A stretch of 64,000 bases of DNA from NCBI GenBank assembly GCA_963692865.2, contig OY843592.1:576001-640000 (forward strand), given 5' to 3'. This document shows positions 60,499-64,000 of this stretch, in pieces. Source of the stretch: a bacterium. GTDB taxonomy: Bacteria > UBA8248. The notes under the pieces were generated by a model. The model saw nothing but the letters and a program-made list of their open reading frames with translations, searched no databases and had not been told where the DNA came from. The position numbers were made by a program, and so were the translations under genes. The first letter of the stretch is position 1. Each line of letters opens with the position of its first letter.

Positions 60499-61239
60499 AT
60501 GAACAAGATGACGTTCCACGCCTGCTTGATCATCGCCTGCATGTTCGCGTCGGCGGGGACCGCCCGAGCGCAGTCGCTGGAAGAGGCGCGCGCCGCATAC
60601 GCCGAGGGCCGCTTCACCGAGGCCGCGGAGCTCGCCCGGTCGCTCGGCGCCTCCGAAGGCCATGCGCTGGCCGCCGATTCCCTGGCGATTCACGGCTACT
60701 ACGTCGCGCCCGCGGGCGAAAAGGCGGACTTGTTCCGGCGGGCCGAGAAACTCGCGCGGGAGGCCGTCAGGCTCGACGCGGCCAACCCCGAGGCCCATCT
60801 CCAGTTGGCCCACGCCATGGGCCGCCAGGCGCAGGCGGCCGGGCCGCTCAAGGCGCTCAAGGAGGGCTACGCCGCCAAAGTGCGCGACGCGATAGAGGAG
60901 GCGCTTCGGCTGGACCCGAAAATGGCGGCCGCGCACGTCAGCCTGGCCGCCTGGCACGCGGGCGCCGTCGGCGCGGGCGGATTCTTCGCCGCCCTGCTCT
61001 ACGGGGCGAGCGAAGAGAAGGCGCTCGCCCATTTCGAGCGGGCGCTCGAACTGACGCCGCGGGACAAGACGGCGCTGTTCGAGTACGCCACCGGCCTCCT
61101 GAGCCTGGACGCCGGGGAGAACCGCGCGAGGGCGCGCGATCTGCTGGAGCGCGCGATTGGGATACCGCCGAAAGACGCCTTCGAGCGGCTCGTTCACCAA
61201 AGGGCGGTCGCGCGGCTGGCGGCTCTCGGCGATGGATAG
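60499..61239 (+). CDS. Exported TPR-like helical repeat protein
   Basis: Signal peptide ending ARA; EAVRLDAANPEAHLQLA, EALRLDPKMAAAH, FERALELTP. Confidence 0.8.
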   Translation: MNKMTFHACLIIACMFASAGTARAQSLEEARAAYAEGRFTEAAELARSLGASEGHALAADSLAIHGYYVAPAGEKADLFRRAEKLAREAVRLDAANPEAHLQLAHAMGRQAQAAGPLKALKEGYAAKVRDAIEEALRLDPKMAAAHVSLAAWHAGAVGAGGFFAALLYGASEEKALAHFERALELTPRDKTALFEYATGLLSLDAGENRARARDLLERAIGIPPKDAFERLVHQRAVARLAALGDG

Positions 61240-61297
61240 GGGGTCGGCGAGAAAGGCCTTGCGGATCGGTCGAGATTCTATGGTAGGGGCCGCATAT

Positions 61298-62501
61298 CAT
61301 GCGGCCCGCCTTGTGGAGGCGAAAATCAGGGTCGCATGGTATGCGACCCCTACACTTGCGCTGCAAACAGGGTCGCTTATGGACATGGACAATCGGGTGC
61401 CATCTCGACCTCGCCCCGAGTAGTCCTGAGCCCGTCGAAGGAGGTACCGAAGGGCTGTCTCTCCTCCCCTCCGCAAACGCGAGATGCCCCGTAGGGGCCG
61501 CATATCATGCGGCCCGCTTCGCCGCCCCCCGATCATGGGCCGCATTATATGTCGGACATATATGTCTGACCTACGGAAAGCAATCCTCACTCCCTCCTTG
61601 AGGGGATTGTTGAAAAGTCCCGTCTTCCCCCCCCCCACAAACCGCCAACGCCTCTTTCCTCACCCTGAGTAGCCGCCGAAGGTCAAACGCGAGAGGCGCT
61701 GTAGGGGTCGCATATCATGCGACCCGTATTGTGAAGGCGAAAAGGCAGGGCCGCATGATATGTCAGACATATATGTCTGACCTACGGCGGGATTACCGAC
61801 TGACCTGCAAGGACTTTTTCAACAACCCCGACAAGGGGGGGGTAGGGGGGGTTGCCTTTATCCCGCCAGGAAAGTTTTCAACAACCCCACAACCGCGGCA
61901 CCATGCGGCCCGCCCTGTGGAGGCGAAAATCAGGGTCGCATGGTATGCGACCCCTACACTTGCGCTGCAAACAGGGTCGCTTATGGACATGGACAATCGG
62001 GTGCCATCTCGACCTCGCCCCGAGTAGTCCTGAGCCCGTCGAAGGAGGTACCGAAGGGCTGTCTCTCCTCCCCTCCGCAAACGCGAGATGCCCCGTAGGG
62101 GCCGCATATCATGCGGCCCGCTTCGCCGTCCCCCGATCATGGGCCGCATGATATGTCGGACATATATGTCTGACCTACGGAAAGCAATCCTCACTCCCTC
62201 CTTGAGGGGATTGTTGAAAAGTCCCGTCTTCCCCCCCCCCACAAACCGCCAACGCCTCTTTCCTCACCCTGAGTAGCCGCCGAAGGTCAAACGCGAGAGG
62301 CGCTGTAGGGGTCGCATATCATGCGACCCGTATTGTGAAGGCGAAAAGGCAGGGCCGCATGATATGTCAGACATATATGTCTGACCTACGGCGGGATTAC
62401 CGACTGACCTGCAAGGACTTTTTCAACAACCCCGACAAGGGGAGGGTAGGGGGGGTTGCCTTTATCCCGCCAGGAAAGTTTTCAACAACCCCACAACCGC
62501 G
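61298..62501. repeat. Tandem direct duplication of a ~600-bp REP/MITE mosaic (period 604 bp)
   Basis: 61298-61897 repeated at 61902-62501 with about four substitutions seen by eye. Confidence 0.92.
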
Positions 62502-62549
62502 TCCCCACGCGGCCTTCGGCGGGCCGGAGCGCCCGGTACGGAACGAAAT

Positions 62550-62642
62550 ACTTGAAATCAATCGTTTTGCTGGGCCATAATGGCCCCGGTTGGCTTCCTG
62601 CGTGGCGGCCCGAGCCTCATGGACTTCCACTGCACAAGCCGC
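62550..62642 (+). promoter_or_regulatory. Promoter plus conserved leader upstream of GPP34-P450 (copy 2)
   Basis: TTGAAA-N18-CATAAT then GGCTT...AAGCC; homologous to 56932-57026. Confidence 0.7.
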
Positions 62643-62687
62643 GTGGAGCAAAATGCTCCCCCACCGATTCTTGAGGCGCATCGTCCG

Positions 62688-64000
62688 ATGAGACTGATAG
62701 AAGAGATTGTGCTTCTCCTGCTGAACGAAGAGAGCGGATATCTCGAACAGGTGGCGGGCTGGAATCTCTCGTGCGTTCTGGCAGGCGCCGTGCTGGCGGA
62801 CCTCGACCTCGAATCCCGTATCGACACCGGCCAGGAGTTGCTTTCGGTGGAGGATGCGTCCCCTTTGGGAGACGACCTCCTCGACCCCGTGCTGGAGACC
62901 ATCGCCCGCGACCCCGAACCGCGCACCGTCGGTTACTGGATCGAGAAGATCGGCGGCGAGTCGAACGAGCTCCTGGATCACGTTTTCGAGCGGTTGGTGA
63001 GAAATAAAATCCTGGACCATGCGATCGGCGGCTTCTGGTCTCTCTCGCGAAACGTGACGAACGGGGACTCCACCACGTCCAGCAGCCGGTTGCGGGCGAC
63101 GGCGCGCCGGCGAATCGTCGATACGATCCTGGGGGACGAAATACCCGACCCCCGCGACGCCATCATCATCGGCCTCGCCAATTCCTGCGGCGCGTTCCGG
63201 TTTCTCTTGCAGCCGGAAGACTACGAGGCTTCACGCGAGCGCATCGAACTGCTGAGCATACTGGACCGCATCAGCCGCTCCGTCGCCGCCGCCGTCGTAG
63301 AGACGTCGATCCATCGCTCCATTGCGATAGCGACAAAACCCGTTCCCGACATCAGCCTGCTGAAATTGCTCCGCAAAGACGCGCTTTGGGAAGGAAACGT
63401 GGCCAGGCTGCTGGCCGACCTTTACCGCGACTACGGCCCGGTCTTCGCGCTCAAGGCTCCCTTCTCCAAAAAGAGGGTTTTCATCCTCGCGGGAAACGAG
63501 GCCAACATCTGGTTCAACCGGCAAAGCCGGATGCACATGCGCTCGAAAGAAACCATGGAGGGCATGGAGCACGTGCTCGGCGCATCGAGAAGCCTGCCGG
63601 GCATGGACGGGGCCGAACACTTCCGCATGCGCAAGGCGTTCCAGATGGCCTCCTCCCGGAACCGCCTGAACGGACGGCTCGGAGATCTGTTCGAAGAGAT
63701 ACGGCTGTCGCTTGATTCGTGGAGCGCGGGCGACGTGCTCGTCGCCAAGGACGCAAGCCGGACTCTTATGTCCGGCCAGGTGTCCCGGCTCCTGTTCAGC
63801 ATGGATTTTTCAGAATACGTAGACGACATCCACAAATACAAGAACCGCATGCTGATCACCTACGCGCAGAAGATTTTGCCGAAGTCCTTCATGCGAACGC
63901 CGCGCATGAAAGCCATCCGGCGGCGCATCGACCACGTCTATTCCATGATCAGGAATTCGCACACCCCGGCGCAGCGCGAAAACCAGCCCCGCGACCTGAT
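62688..64000 (+). CDS. GPP34 (GOLPH3-like) domain fused to a cytochrome P450; runs off the window; absent from the ORF track
   Basis: Hand-translated open frame: MRLIEEIVLLLLNEESG..LAGAVLADL..RI..DDLLD..PDPRD (GPP34), then KPVP..LYRDYGPVF..DGAEHFRMRK (P450 N-terminal half). The heme Cys motif lies outside the window. Confidence 0.8.
   Translation, partial: MRLIEEIVLLLLNEESGYLEQVAGWNLSCVLAGAVLADLDLESRIDTGQELLSVEDASPLGDDLLDPVLETIARDPEPRTVGYWIEKIGGESNELLDHVFERLVRNKILDHAIGGFWSLSRNVTNGDSTTSSSRLRATARRRIVDTILGDEIPDPRDAIIIGLANSCGAFRFLLQPEDYEASRERIELLSILDRISRSVAAAVVETSIHRSIAIATKPVPDISLLKLLRKDALWEGNVARLLADLYRDYGPVFALKAPFSKKRVFILAGNEANIWFNRQSRMHMRSKETMEGMEHVLGASRSLPGMDGAEHFRMRKAFQMASSRNRLNGRLGDLFEEIRLSLDSWSAGDVLVAKDASRTLMSGQVSRLLFSMDFSEYVDDIHKYKNRMLITYAQKILPKSFMRTPRMKAIRRRIDHVYSMIRNSHTPAQRENQPRDL

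Overview
GC-rich bacterial chromosomal window. The gene set (many TRAP/TTT/SSS transporters, two-domain ThyX, A1-type aa3 oxidase cluster, rqcH/yicC/gmk/coaBC/udg) is compatible with a Nitrospinota/Tectomicrobia-like or deltaproteobacterium-like heterotroph; this placement is inference only. Core content: small catabolic genes, an RND/MFP efflux pair, thyX, a TAXI-TRAP transporter, an SSS-TPR module, tRNA-Arg(ACG), a cox/cta operon with extra small ORFs and an ABC-2 exporter, proA, rimK-like, usp behind a sigma-54 promoter, cbtA, tctBAC, a GAF sigma-54 activator, hemW, a low-GC Panacea toxin-antitoxin pair, pyrF and rarA. Two things stand out. (1) The right end (54.4-64 kb) is a candidate sterol/lipid modification-and-trafficking locus: LolA-like protein, outer-membrane barrel, MMPL/RND transporter, a remnant resembling the C-terminus of a sterol C-24 methyltransferase, an exported TPR protein and a GPP34(GOLPH3)-cytochrome P450 fusion that is missing from the ORF track. 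The MMPL and P450 genes share a homologous ~95-bp promoter/leader, and a second decayed MMPL tail sits in front of the LolA-like gene. (2) About 5 kb of intergenic DNA forms ten mosaic islands of at least five REP-like palindrome families. They are enclosed by, or interrupted by, a non-autonomous element with GGGGYTGTTGAAAAA inverted ends that in two clear cases inserted into the centre of another REP palindrome with a 5-bp target duplication. All family calls come from motif recognition by eye; no searches were run.
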